NCBI GenBank assembly: GCA_038087875.1
Contig: CM075992.1
Coordinates: 4,404,001-4,468,000 of the forward strand
DNA: 64,000 bases
Direction: 5' to 3'
Origin: Malacoraja senta
Lineage: Eukaryota
The stretch's first letter is position 1; each line of letters opens with the position of its first letter. Both the position numbers and the translations under genes were made by a program. Positions 25,136 to 41,448 of this stretch are shown here, piece by piece. The notes under the pieces were generated by a model. That model searched no databases. It had not been told where the DNA came from and saw only the letters and a list, made by a program, of their open reading frames with translations.

Positions 25136-26329
25136 CTGTAGGAATAAATTAAAAAATGAATGTATCATCACAAACACATTAGGAATCAAGAAAACATTTT
25201 TATTCATCAACATTTTATTCATTGAGCACCATTATCAAGGCCAGTATTTTTAGATACCCTGAATTGCCCTTTGAATATAGAGGTGAACCATTTTTCTAAA
25301 CTGATGCTGTCCAGGTACATGAAAGTAACACAAGGTGTTGGGCCCTTAAATACAAAGCGATGTAAACAGTCAACATATCAAGAGTCAGGAGTATTGTTTT
25401 ATTGTCATACATCTCGAAATGGAGCAATGAAGGTCTTACTTCCAGCAGCTCAACGGATATGTAATAATACACGTGTACTTCATCTTGGGTATTTATAAAG
25501 AACAGTGCTCAACATCCTGACCCACAACATAAATGCTTAGACAAATAATTCATAGAATTCAATTTAAAGCATGCTACTGAAGCAGAACATTTTAAAAACC
25601 AGTTAATTAAATATCCAGAACAAAGATTGCAACAGTGGATGAAACTATTGAGTGCTGTCTGTGTGGAGATTGCATGTTCTTTATGGAAAGAAATCTGCCA
25701 TTTCCCACACAGTTTGGATAACTGAGTGATTCTATACCCACATTAAATACAACCAATCCTTATCTGGCCTCTATAAAGTCCTAGCCGTTCAAGGGAAGTA
25801 ATGCTTACATTGGTGGCTTGGATGAAAGACAATCGTTGTGACAAAAAGTGCTGGAATAACTCGGTGGATCATGCAGCATCACTGGGGAGCATGGATAGGC
25901 TACATTTCTGTTTTCTACATTCTTACTGAATGCAGTAAGGGGGAGAAAGCTGGAAGAGAGGTGATTGTGGGACACTGGCAAGTAATAGGTAGATGTAGGT
26001 GAGAGACCGTTTTTGATTTGTAGGTAATTGGACAAAGGCCAGAGATGAAAAGACAAAAAGTGTGAGATAACGATAGAAAAGTCCTAAGAGTGAAGCCAGA
26101 GGAAGGAATATAGATGGAAGGGGACATGGAGTGGATAAAGAGAGAAATGGGTGCGCGTTGAGGTAGGGCACAGAGAAGGATGGGGAAAAAGTATGTGGGG
26201 GGGAATGTTTGTCGGTCGGTCACCTAAAATTGGAGAATTCAATGTTCCTTGTATCTGCAGTCATTTCTAACTCCCATTCCTAGTTGCCCTGGAGAAGATG
26301 GGAATGCAATAGCATTGTAGGGAATGTCA

Positions 26330-26668
26330 ATCATAGAGAGGAATTTCCAGAATTTAAATTCATTGACAGTGAGGAAATGGAGATATATGCAATGGCTAGA
26401 TTACTATGCTACTCGGAGAGGGCTTTATATTTTGTGGTCTTGCCATGGGCGAACCACTGTGTACGGTAGTAAATGTCCCATGTGGTTATTGTCAACCTTG
26501 ATGACTGCATCAACTTGGATGATAAAATGTTCCTCTGAGCGAGGGCTATATGTATATATGTATGTAGTTTGTTTGTTTATATTATTCTTATAACAAATGT
26601 AAAGCACTTTGGCCAACAAGAGTTGTTTTTTAAATGTGCTATATTAATAAATGTGACTTGACTTGACT
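26330..26668 (+). mobile_element. L2-type LINE 3' end
   Basis: tgtaaagcactttgg...aaatgtgctatattaataaatg(tgact)n terminal signature. Confidence 0.55.
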
Positions 26669-29541
26669 AATGTTTCTCAAGTGTAATTGGAGTTGAATTT
26701 CACCAGGCAAGTAGATGGCATTCCATCGCACACATTGCTCATCTCTTTTGACAGTATAAAGGCCCTGGAGTCAGAAGACGAATCAGAATTAGTGGTCGGA
26801 ACAGTGACGCAGTCGGTAGAACTACTACCTCACAGCACCAATTTACTATGTGGAGTTTGCATGTTCTCCCTGTGGGTTTTCTCCCACGTTCCAAAGACGT
26901 ATGGGCTTGTAGGTTAATTAGCCTCCATAAATTACCCCCAATGTATAAGGAGTGGATGCGAAGCGGAATGACATAGAACTATAGTGAATGGGTGATTGAT
27001 GGTCATCATGGATGTGGTCGGCTAAAACATCTGGTTCCATGCTGTATCGTTCGATTAATCAATCAAATTCACAAGAGTTGGGTGGCCATTAATGCAAAAT
27101 TGAGCTCCCAAATGCCAGAGATATTGCAAAATAGTAAATTGAGGCCACAGGTTTGGGGAAGAATTACAAATTCATCACCAAGCAAACAATGCAATTTTAC
27201 TCGGTTTTACTGACAACTTCTGCATGGTGGTGCTGGAGATGGTAACTGGGCAAACGGAAGTGAATCTAATCCCAAACAAAAGCCCCATTCATACACTGTC
27301 AGTAAGGAAGTTGCAACTAACAGTGGTCTCATATGTTGACAGTGAGACAGACCCACATTGAGGTGATGAGACACCAACAGTCCTTGTTACTCCCACCTTC
27401 AATCATCCAACACAATCTCTCTACAGCAGAGGTAGAATCATGAGAAAAAATCTTTAATCAATGCGAAACGTAAAAAGGAACATATCACCAAAGCTTTACA
27501 CAAAATGCCACCACACATTTTGCATTTCCAATTTGACTATTAAGCTAAAGAATGGATTATTCTTCTCTTTAAACTGTTATTATCCAATGGAAAACAGTGC
27601 AATTTTAAAAAATGTTCATGGAAAAGAGATTTCGGTCACCATGGTCCAATCCTAAAATTGCAGGTTATCGGGTTACCGGTGTACCAGAAATCCGTGGCCA
27701 TTTGGGAATATCCTAGAAAGCACTGCATTAAATTTGATCTGGGGAAGATACTGCATCACACATTGTTAAAGCTGCATTTCTGTAAGATATTCTATCAAAA
27801 ATTTACAAAAATAGTTAATTGCAATGGCATTATTTCATCTCCTTATCTGTGATTAGCTACCAGCCTGCTCGGAATCAGTGACCTAAACAGTTGAGGGAAG
27901 ACCTGATAATGTATAAAATTATGAGAAGAATTAATGTGGTTGACAGTGAGAACCTTTTTCCCAGGGTGCAAATGTTCAACACTAGAGGGCATAACTATAA
28001 GGGGAGTGGGGGAAAGTTTAATAGATATGAAAATAACTCTGGGCAAGTTATTTTCACAGAGGATAGTGGGGGTGTTGCGAGAGGTGGTGGTGGGGGCAGA
28101 TATGTTAGTGGCATTTATAAAGTTTTCTAAATAGTCACATGGAAGTGCAGGGAATAGAGGGATAATAGATATATCACGTGCACGCAGATGGGATCAGTTC
28201 AGCTAGGCATCATGTTTGGCACGAACATGGGCAAAAGGGCCAGTTCCTGTCCTATACTCTTCGACTTTCTATACAGACACAATGAAATCTGTGCATACTC
28301 AAATAATGGATGAAAACATAAATCATACAGAAATTACACAACAATAGCAAAGTGATTGTTTAGTATTCAGCCTTAGTTGGAATAAAATGTTAGTGGAGAT
28401 CTTTGGTTTGAACACAAGGGAATAAAAGCTGTGTTGAATGCACAACAATTGCATGGAGTAGTTGGAATACGGTGTAGCAAAGTGTGGAGTCATGCATTTT
28501 AGTAGTTGGAATAAAGGCATGGACTGAATGGAGGGAGAATTCTGAAATTGGAGGTGAAAAGGGACTTGGGAGTGCTGGTGCAGGATTCCCAAGTCGATTC
28601 GGTAGTAAGGAAAGCAAATGCAATGATAGCATTTATTTTGAAAAGCATTTATATAAAAACAGGGATGAAATTCTGAGGCTTTATAAGGCACACTGGTTAG
28701 ACCACAGTTGGAGTATTGTGCGCAGTTTTGAGCTCCATATTTGAGGAAGGATGTGCTTGAGTTGGAGAGGTTCCAAAGGACGTTTATGAGAATGATCCCA
28801 GGAATGAGTGGGTTAATATATGATGAGCTTTTGAAGGCACTGGACCCGTAATCACTGGAGTGTAGAAGGATGAGGGGTGACCTCATTGAAACTTCCCGAA
28901 TAGTGAAAGGAGAGAGTGGAAGTGGAGAGGATGTTTCTACTAGTGGAATGTCTAGAATGTCCCTCAGAATAAAAGGGCTTACCTTTAAAAGAAGCTGAGG
29001 TGAAATTTCTTTAGTCAGAGGATGGTGAATTAATGGAATTCATTGTCACAGAAGGCTGTGGAGGCCGGTCAATGGATATTTTTTAAGGCAGAGATTGATA
29101 GATTGCTGATTAGTACAGGTGTCAGGGGATATGGGGAGAAGGCAGGAGAATGGAGTGAGAGGGAAAGATAGGTCAGCCTGAATTGAATGGCAGAGTAGGC
29201 TTGATGGGATGAATGGCCCAATTCTGCTACTATAACTTATGAGCTGATGAACAAATGGCAGCATCAATGAGTCAGAGTTTCAAAATCCCAAAGAGAAAAG
29301 TCTTTATCCATTTTCATGGTACCTATTCCTTACTGTACTTGTGATGCAGCTTGCAGCCTGTGCTATACTGTGAGAATACATCTTTATCCTTAGGTTAAGA
29401 CCAGTGCAATGGCACAGCTGGTAGAGACCCAGATCCAATCCTGATCTTGGCTGCTGTATGGTGTTTGCATTCCCTGTGACTGCATGGGTTTCCAACAGGC
29501 GCTCTGCTTTCCTCCCACATCTCAAAGATGTGTGGTTTGTA

Positions 29542-29741
29542 NNNNNNNNNNNNNNNNNNNNNNNNNNNNNNNNNNNNNNNNNNNNNNNNNNNNNNNNNNN
29601 NNNNNNNNNNNNNNNNNNNNNNNNNNNNNNNNNNNNNNNNNNNNNNNNNNNNNNNNNNNNNNNNNNNNNNNNNNNNNNNNNNNNNNNNNNNNNNNNNNNN
29701 NNNNNNNNNNNNNNNNNNNNNNNNNNNNNNNNNNNNNNNNN
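29542..29741. other. Assembly gap (200 N)
   Basis: Run of exactly 200 N; truncates a V-SINE on the left and a Helitron unit on the right. Confidence 1.
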
Positions 29742-32700
29742 GGTGTAAATGCATTGTGAGGTCAGCGGGGCGGGGCCAGCAGGCAGGTTGGGGGGGCGGG
29801 GCTGGGTGGGGCCAGCAGGCAGTTGGGCCAGGTGCAAAGGCATCGTGAGGTCAGCAGCTGGGCAACCTTAATATTTTTTTAAAATGTCAGTTTGGTTATA
29901 AATATTAGTAAATATCTCGGGAAATAATTGACCAAATGTATAGAGGATTGGATTTTTGAAATCATAAGGAAACTTCTACCAGAAGATGTAAAAATTGAAC
30001 TGTTATCGTAACGTCAGCAGCTGGGCAGCGGTGGCATGAGATGGCACTGTGACTCATGCAGCAGTTTGATTTAGTGGGACCACGTGAAGGTTGCAATCTC
30101 CCACCCCTGTCCCATTGTGATGTCATTTCATATGTAAATGAGATCCATTGTGATTGGACATCTGTGAGGTGGCACTGTGACTCATGCAGCAGTTTGATTT
30201 AATTTTTTTTTGATGTTTTGTGAATAATTTTATTCAAAATCTGGGGAAATAATTGACCAAATATAGAGAGGATTTCTGAAATCATAAGTTAAATCACTAC
30301 CGAATTATGTAAAAGTCTCCGCGTTTTTTGCGTCTGGTTTTCGAGAAAATACGTTTCAAAGGCAAAATGACACTCACCCACAGAGTTTTAAAACTATACT
30401 AGACCAAGTGCAGACACGTTGGGGTCTGTTCCCCCAATGCGTGTTTGCGGGGGGGGGGCGGCTTGCGGCGTCACACACACTAACTAAGGGGGTGGTGGGA
30501 AGGGGGTAGGGGAGGGGGTTTAGGAGAGGGGGAAGGGGGTTTTAGATTAGGGGATGGGGGAGGGCAGGGGGAGAGGAAGGGGGAGAGAGAGGGGGAGAGA
30601 GGGAGGGGGAAGAGAGAGAGGGAGGGGAAGAGAGAGAGGGAGGGGGGAGAGAGCGAGGGGAAAGAGAGAGGGGAGGGAGAGAGAGAGAGGGGGGAGAGAG
30701 AGAGACGAGTGCAGCGGGCGGCAGGTCACGGGGACTCGAGCGAGGCACGGAGCGATCCGAGGAGCAAAGATTCTATAGCACGCTATAGGCTCTTTGCTGA
30801 GCTGCCAAAAGGGGATGGTCCCCTGTGACTGGGTAGAGGGGGAGAGGGAGGGAGGTGAGAAGAGGAGGGGGGGAGTGGAGGAGAGCCGGGCGGCAGCAGC
30901 CGTTATCGTCGCGCGGGGCACGCGATGACAAGGTGCCCTGGCGGCCATTACTCCCTCTGGATCTTTGGTCCGCAGCACAGCGGGAGGCGAAAAAATGAAT
31001 GGGGGGGGGAGGGGGAAGGGTGGTGAAAGTGCGCCTATGCATTGAGAGCATCTGCTTTAATCGAGAGCGGGGAGGGGGGGCGGTGCCGCGAGCAAGGGCA
31101 TTGTGACTTCCGCAGCTGCTGCTGCGGTTTGATTTTTTTTTAAACAGTCCGTTTTGTGAACAACTTTATTAAACATCTGGGGAAATGTGGGGGGAAGGGA
31201 GGGGGTGAGAGGGGGTTATGGATGGGAGGTGTGAGGGGGGGAGAGGGGGAGTTGTTACCGAACTGAACTCACTCTGGAATGAATCCATTAACGGAGACAC
31301 TCTGCTGCTGGATTTTAAGTTGTCCCTGCCTTCCCTCTGGAAGACTCCTCGTCCCATCAGATGCCGAGTTCCCACAGCCCTGGTTAAACGCGGGGGCCGC
31401 TCACGGTTAAGTCTGTGAAAGCGGCCCCATCAGAGACTGTGAGCAGCAGCAGGGTTCACTATAGGATGGACCATTGCGCCTATCGTAGCGGGTGGCTGCT
31501 TGTTCCCTCACACCCCGGCCTTTACCCCACCCGCCCGTCGCCTTATCTCTTCTCCCCTGAAGCAGTTCAGTCGGGCACAGCTGCCAGAAGCTGAAAACTA
31601 AATATTGCAGCGGGAAAACTGCGGCTGCGGTTCTGGCAACAGCCGCCGTTCTGCTCTGTCTGGGGGAGAAGGCGAGTGGGGGTGAAGGGGGTGGGGGGGG
31701 GGGAGGAAGCGGATAAATGTGAGGTTATCCACTTTGGTAGCAAAAACAGGAAAGTAGACTATTATCTGAATGGTGGCCGATTAGGAAAAGGGGAGATGCA
31801 ACAAGACCTGGGTGTCATGGTACACCAGTCATTGAAAGTAGGCATGCAGGTGCAGCAGGCAGTGAGGAAAGCAAATGGTATGTTAGCATTCATAGCAAAA
31901 GGATTTGAGTAAGAGCAGGGAGGTTCTACTGCAGTTGTACAGGGTCTTGGTGAGACCACACCTGGAGTATTGCGTACAGTTTTGGTCTCCTAATCTGAGG
32001 AAAGACATTCTTGCCATAGAGGGAGTACAGAGAAGGTTCACCAGACTGATTCCTGGGATGGCGGGACTTTCATATGAAGAAAGACTGGATAGACTCGGCT
32101 TGTACACGCTAGAATTTAGAAGATTGAGGGGGGATCTTATAGAAACTTACAAAATTCTTAAGAGGTTGGACAGGCTAGATGCAGGAAGATTATTCCCGAT
32201 GTTGGGGAAGTCCAGAACTAGGGTCACAGTTTAAGGATAAGAGGGAAGTCTTTTAGGACCGAGATGAGAAAATCATTTTTTACACAGAGAGTGGTGAATC
32301 TGCGGAATTCTCTGCCACAGAAGGTAGTTGAGGCCAGTTCATTGGCGAGGGAGTTAGATGTGGCCCTTGTGGCTAAAGGGATCAGGGGGTATGGAGAGAA
32401 GGGAGGGATGGGATACTGAGTTGGATGATCAGCCATGATCATATTGAATGGCGGTGCAGGCTCGAATGGCCTACTCCTGCACCTATTTTCTATGTTTCTA
32501 TGAAGGGGAGGATGGGGGAGAGAGGTGAAGTGGGGGGGGAGGGTTGGAGTGAGTGGGCGGGAGTCCAGCTGCGGGAGGCGTGGCATGAGCGTACTTGGAT
32601 GCATACTGGAGGCAGGTGGGCTGGATTGGTCGGCATGTGCGCATTGTGACATCAGCAGCTGCTGATTTAAAGAAAACAGTAAGTTTTGTGAAGGGTTTTA

Positions 32701-33794
32701 TTGAAAATGTGTATAGAAAAATGACCAAAATTAATGAGGAGTGGATATGCGAATGTAAAAGAAAAATCGCTAGCGAAATGGTAAAAATCAAAATGACATA
32801 CACCCACACACACACAGAGTTTTTAAAGTATACTAGACCAAGTGCAGACCCATTGGGTCTGGCCCACGAACGTGCTTCAGACCCCAGGGTGTGGTTCCCG
32901 AACGTGCTTCAGCGTCTTGACAGTGTAGACAGAGGACGGAGAAAAGCAGAGGGGGAAGAGCCGATGTTTGGCTTGAGCCAGGTGTGAGAGAGCCGGCCGG
33001 GGGGGGGGGGGGGTGGAGGGGTAGTGGAGGAGAGAAGGTCGGCAGTTGCGAAAATCGCCAGCGAAAGAAAAAAAATGTCGGCATTTTTGGAGCAGAGCCG
33101 GGCGGCAGCAGCCGTTATGGTGGCTGGCCAGCAGGAGGCGACAAAATGAGTGAGTGGGGGGGGGGATGTATTTTATTTTAAAATGTGTACATAAAAATGT
33201 CCAAATCTAATGTGTTAGGGTATGTAAAAGTGTAATGTCTAGCGAAATGGAAAAATCTCGGAGTTTTCGCGTGTGGTTTTTGGCGGAGCAAGAAATCAAA
33301 GGCCAAATTTGACACCCACAAACTCCCACACACACACACACAGAGTTTAATAGTATACTAGACCAAGTGCAGACCCGTTGGGTCTGGTCCCCGAAAGTGC
33401 TTCACACCCCGGGGTGTTGTTCCCGAACGTGATTCAGGACCCCGGGGTGAAGTTGCGGAAAAAAGATGGCGTAGGTGTCGGAAAAAATCGGATAAAATCG
33501 GCGAGAAAAAGATGGCGTCGTTTTCGGAGAAAATCGGCGAAAAAAGATGGCGTCGTTTTCGGAGGAAATCGGAGAAATCGAGTGGGGGGGGATGGATTTT
33601 ATTTTAAAAAACGTGTACATAAACACGACCGAATGTAATCAGGAGTGGCTAATCGTAAAGATAAATGTCATCTCTTTGGAAATGGTAAAAAAATATGGGC
33701 CTTTCCGCGTGCTGTGTGGGCCAGGGGCGGTATCAAAGGGATTTGGTGGCAGACGGAAGTCAGGCGGACACAAGTCAGGCAGCCACAGAGTTTT
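29742..33794 (-). mobile_element. Head-to-tail array of at least 4 non-autonomous Helitron-like units (29742-30398, 30399-32832, 32833-33357, 33358-~33794)
   Basis: The three unit ends visible outside the gap read on the minus strand hairpin CAGACCC-NNN-GGGTCTG + CACTTGGT + CTAG|T (CTAG at 30399, 32833, 33358); all units share a 5' region starting TATA(C/G)T..AAAACTCTGTG. Confidence 0.8.
31709..32500 (+). mobile_element. Young CR1 3' fragment nested in Helitron unit 2
   Basis: DKCEVIHFG...[19 protein letters not shown]...[14 protein letters not shown]; (tatgtttc) tail. Confidence 0.9.
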
Positions 33795-33842
33795 AGAGAG
33801 AGAGATAGAGAGAGAGAGATAGAGAGAGAGATAGAGATAGAG

Positions 33843-33877
<35 letters not shown>

Positions 33878-33945
33878 TATAGAGAGAGAGAGATAGAGAG
33901 AGAGATAGAGAGATAGAGAGAGATAGATAGAGAGAGATAGATAGA

Positions 33946-34024
<79 letters not shown>

Positions 34025-34030
34025 GGAGAA
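33795..34030. repeat. (GA)n/(GATA)n compound microsatellite
   Basis: Directly visible; further (GA)n tracts at 35981-36046 and 37985-38238. Confidence 0.98.
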
Positions 34031-35976
34031 TCCAACAGAATGCAGGATTTCCTTAACAAACACAACATTCTCAGTAAAAAACAAATTGGCTTCCTCCCAA
34101 AACATCGTACCACTGACCACATTTACACCCTCCACACTCTCATTGAAAACATGTACACCAAGCAAAAAATGGAAAAATATTTGCCTGTTTTATTGACTTT
34201 GAGAAAGCATTTGACTCTATTTGGCATGAAGGGCTCTACTACAAACTCCTCTGTTGTGGTATAGGAGAAAGGTATATGACCTTATCAAATCAATGTATCT
34301 GAATAATAAATGTGGCGTTAAAATTGGGGAGGCGTCCGGCAAGGCTGCAATCTGAGCCCGACACTGTTTAATTTATATATCAACGATTTGGCAATAAAGC
34401 TGGACCAGAGCACTGCGCCGGGCCTCTGTCTCCTGGACGGAGAGGTAAAATCTCTGTTTTATGCGGATGACTTGGTTCTGCTGTCCCCCACAGGGACTGC
34501 AGCAACAGTTGGACCTACTTGATGAGTACTGCCAAAATTGGGCCCTGGCAGTAAATCTAAAGAAAATCAATATCATGATTTTCCAGACAAAACCCAGATG
34601 TCAGGAAGATAAATACAAATTTACTCTCAATGGTATTATTATCGAACACACTATGAGCTATACTTACCTTGGTCTGTTGCAGCATCAGGGAGCTTCAATA
34701 TGGCAGTGAATGCACTAAAAGAGAAAGCTCGAAGAGCTCTGTATGCAATAAAAAGAAGATTCTACAACATCCAAATTCCCATTAAAATCTGGCTTAAAAT
34801 ATTTGACAGTGTAATCCAGCCTATTGCGGTTTATGGTAGTGAAGTATGGGGGCCGGTCAGTCACCATAGTTATAGTAAATGGGAAAAACATACAACGGAG
34901 GCCCTGCATGCGGAATTTTGTCGGAACATCCTCCGCATCCAAAGGAAAACACCAACAAACGCATGTAGGGCAGAATTAGGCAGATACCCACTGATAATAA
35001 ATATCCAGAAAAGAGCACTACATTTTTGGAATCACCTTAAATCTAGCCCACCAGATACCCTCCAGTTTAAATCCCATAAAACACAAGAGGGGAGCCCAGA
35101 AAAGAGTTCCCTGTGTCAGTTGGTACGGAGACTAACTACCCCCATTCAGTTAAACCCTATCCAGTTAAATCCTGACCAGCCTCAGATCAATACTTATCCC
35201 CAATCACCAGTTAGAGTGAACCAAATTATCAAACAATGTAAGAAACATATTTGGAACATTGGGATAAAGAAACCAAAAGCCAAAGCAGATTAGAATGCTA
35301 CCGTGCCCTAAAAAGAGATTATAAATTGGCAGACTATCTCTCAACTGTTAGAGACATAAAACAGAGACAGACCCTCACCAAATACAGGCTAAGTGACCAC
35401 TATTTGGCAGTTGAAAAAGGAAGACAGAAGAGATTCTGGCAACCAAGAGAAAACAGAATATGTGGCCACTGTTTGACAGATGAGGTTGAAACAGAGGTGC
35501 ACTTCCTCCTAAAATGCAATAAATTTGACAAAACAAGGAAAACATACTTTGACAAACTCAGTCAGGCAACCCCTGACTTTAAGGAACTCGATGATACATC
35601 GAAACTAAGAATAATCCTTGGTGAAGGAAATACGGCACATCTTGGTGCACAATACGTAACAGCATGCCATAACCTGAGAGACGGTGAATGACCAATATGC
35701 ACATATGTACGCACACACTAATTGACATTAACTGACACTAAGAAATTAATATTGAATTGCTAAATTAGCTATCCTGTTGTACTGATTACAGCTACAAGAA
35801 CGTGTAGCAATCAATAAAAGGCTATAGGCCTCTTGCGAGTTTATGTACAGGGACATATCTATCTATGCACTGTATACTTGTATTTATAATTATGCATCTT
35901 AAATATGTATGTCATGTTTCATACTTTGGCAATATAACAATGTCTTTTGTATCATGCCAATAAAGTTTTTAAATTG

Positions 35977-35980
<4 letters not shown>
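34031..35980 (+). mobile_element. 5'-truncated non-LTR retrotransposon (RTEX-like) copy 1, flanked by (GA)n
   Basis: QIGFLPKHRTTDH, FIDFEKAFDSIWH, GVRQGCNLSP, YADD, C-terminal RICGHC...ETEVHFLLKC; aataaa at 3' end; several frameshifts. Confidence 0.85.
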
Positions 35981-38242
<2,262 letters not shown>

Positions 38243-38925
38243 CTAGCAAGCAAGGATTCTGTCATACAAGCAATTACCCAGTAGCTGAGCAGACCACCAT
38301 CTTAAATATTAATGGTTCCTTCATCGAATACAACACCTTGTACTCAATGTCTTTGAAACCTTCAGTGCTTGAAGAGTGTACACCTGGAGACTTGACGACT
38401 GAACCCTGGATCCAGCATCTGAGGTCTTGGGACTCCAGTATCTAACTTCAATTACCATCCAAAATACAAAATGGTAATTTTAAAGAGACCCTTCAATAAA
38501 TAATTACAACATGTTCCAAAGTCCTTTATAGACACAAAATTCCTTTTAAGATGTCACAGTTGCAATGTGATATATGTGGCAAACTATTGTCACATAGCAG
38601 GTTCCTAAGCAACAAATGACCAGAAAATCTTCAGTGTGGCTGAAACGCAATAATGTTCCTGAAATTACAAGTAATTAAAATGATCAGCAGTTCAGTACAT
38701 TCGCACCCATTTGTACTTCTAAAAATGTCTTTCAAAAAATTTCACATTTGGAAGTAAGAGAGGCATTGATAGCATAAACAATTAGAACTATTCTCCGAGG
38801 ATGGAAATGTCACAGACGGCATAGCTTTAAGGTGTGAGGGGCAAAGTTTAAAGGGAATGAGCGGAGCAAATTTACACAGGTAGTGATGGGTGCTTGGAAC
38901 ACACTGCCAGGAATGATGGTGCAGA

Positions 38926-41448
38926 TTTCACAGGGGGAGCTCTGTGATGAACAGCCTTAGGGAGGAGGACGGCTCGGTAACATCCTTGCAGACGGATATG
39001 CTGAGGATCTGCAAATTCTTTTGCACGGATTTGTATGACAAAAAGGCCACAGACAGCACCGCCTCCCAGAACTTCCTGTCCTCTATCACGGAGGTCTTGG
39101 AGGACAGCAAGCGGGAGAGTCTGGACCAACCACTGACCCTAGAGGAGCTGACTGGCTCCATTCCTTTGACTCGAGTAAAAATCCCGGAAGCGATGGCTTA
39201 CCGGCCGAGTTGTATTCGGCTCTGTGGGACTGGGTGAGCCCGGACCTGCTGGAAGTGTACAACGACATGCTTCTAGCCGGCAGCATGTCAGACTCGATGA
39301 GGAAGGGCAGCATCACCCTAATCTACAAGCAGAAGGGGGAGCTGAAGGACATAAAGAATTGGAGACCCATAACACTGCTGAATGTAGATTATAAGATCCT
39401 GTCTAAGGCCATCGCCAACCGGGTCAAGTCTGCTCTGGGACAGGTGATCCAACCGGACCAAACCTGTGCTGTACCTGGCAGGAAAATCTCAGACAGCCTA
39501 GCGCTGCTGAGAGACACCATCGCCTACATGCAGGACAGACGGGTGGATGCCTGCCTAGTCAGCTTGGACCAGGAGAAGACCTTCGACAGGATATCGCACA
39601 CGTACATGAGGGACGTGCTCTCCAAAATGGGTTTTGGGGAGGGAATCCAAAATTGGATCAAACTGCTCTACACCAATATCCGTAGTGCAGTCCAAATCAA
39701 TGGGTGGGAATCAGACAGTTTCCCTGTAAGGTCTGGAGTCAGGCAGGGGTGCTCTCTCTCTCCTGTCTTGTTTGTCTGCTGTATTGAACCTTTTGCCGAG
39801 TCCATCAGGAAGGATGTGAGCATAAGAGGAGTGACATTGCCAGGCAGTGGGGGCATTCAAGTCAAAGCCTCCCTGTACATGGACGATGTCGCTGTCTTCT
39901 GCTCGGATCCAGGGTCGGTCCGCAGATTGATCAGTATCTGTGACCAGTTTGAGTCGGCCACCGGAGCCAGGGTGAACCGCAGGAATAGCGAGGCCATGCT
40001 CTTTGGCAACTGGCCCGACCGAACTTCTGTCCCCTTCACCATCAAGCCTGACTTCTTGAAGGTGCTGGGGATCTGGTTCGGGGGGGCTGAGGCGTGTAAC
40101 AAGAATTGGCTGGAGCGGATAGTCAAGGTGGGGAAAAAGCTGGAGCTGTGGAAGCAACGCTCCCTCTCCATAACCGGAAAAAATTTGGTCATCAGGTGTG
40201 AGGTGCTCTCGGGGCTGCTGTACTTGGCGCAAGTGTGGCCTGTCCCTCCCTCCTACACCACAGGGATCACCCGGGCCTTCTTCCAGTTCATCTGGGGGTT
40301 GAGGATAGACCGGGTGCGACTGGCCACAATGTACAAGTCAGCAGACAACGGGGGTAAAAGCGTGCCCAACGTCGCCCTAACCCTGATGGCCACCTTTGTG
40401 TGTGGCTGCATCAGGCGGAGTGTAGAACCAAGGCACGTGGGCACCAAGTGTCACTACCTGCTGAGGTTCTACCTGTCCCCGGTGTTGCGAAGGATGGGCC
40501 TGGCGCAGATGCCACGCAATATGCCAGTCAGCTGGACATTGCCGCCCATCTGACGTCTGTGGAAAGGTTCTTCCGGACCAACACCTTTGACCACATGTCC
40601 ATTGGGCAGTGGTCAGCACGGAATGTCCTGCAGGCAAAGGACTCGATGGATCCGGTGGCGTAGTTCCCAGAGCAGACTGCCCAGCTTGTCTGGCAAAATG
40701 CCTCATCGCCAGAACTCACCAACAAGCACCAAGACCTGGTATGGCTGGCGGTGAGGGGAGCCCTCCCAGTCAGATCCTTCCTGCACCGTCGGAACCTCAC
40801 TACCAGCGCACGCTGCCCTCGGGACGGCTGCTATGGCGAGGAGGCGGTTGCCCACCTCTTTGCAGAGTGTGGATTTGCAAAAAGAGTCTGGAGAAGTATG
40901 CAAGGGTCCCTGGAACGCTTTATCCCGAACAGCTCCGTCACAGAGGACTCTGTGATTTACGGACTGTTCCCAGGGACACATTCAGAGACTGACATCGAGT
41001 GCTGCTGGAGGGTCATCAACTTGGTGAAAGATGCTCTTTGGTCTGCCCGAGCATTGTTCACCACCCAGCAGAGCGAGATGTCGGTCAGGGAATGTTGCCG
41101 ACTTGCCCGCTGCAGACTGCAGTACGTGCTGAGGGACGCACTGAAGCTTGGTGCAGCCAACGCCAAGGCTCGGTGGGGGAGGGCCACAGTCTAGGGTCCT
41201 TCCGCTGCTGGACATGGGGGGCACAGTATGGTGGAGACGCCCCTCAAAATAAGGGAAGGTATCCCACGCCAGGGGGCCACATGAGTGGCACGGGTGGGGG
41301 ACAGTCTGGAATTGGAAAAAATGTATTAACTGCATTGAACAATTTGTATAGCCTCCGAAAATGTCGGATGAATGTTTCGCACGGTTCACGTATTGTATAT
41401 ATTTATTACTTGAATAAAGTCTATTTTGAAATTTAAATTTTTTTTTAA
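38926..41448 (+). mobile_element. Tx1/L1-clade LINE, 5'-truncated ORF2 (RT + zinc knuckle), inserted into a CR1 tail
   Basis: NWRPITLLNVDYKILSK, GVRQGCSLSP, YMDD, RCPRDGC...EAVAHLFAEC; frameshifts at about 39160 and 40545, stop at about 40661; TSD aatgatggt(g/a)caga at 38912-38925 / 41449-41462. Confidence 0.9.

Noticed and set aside
25805..25850. Candidate C3 exon 1 ending ...KPP-AT|gtaagc
   Set aside because: Upstream sequence is PLE repeat and encodes no signal peptide
27170..27240. Kozak-like caccaccATG on the minus strand as the C3 start
   Set aside because: Reads MQKLSVKPSKIALFAW* with no hydrophobic leader or suitable phase-2 donor
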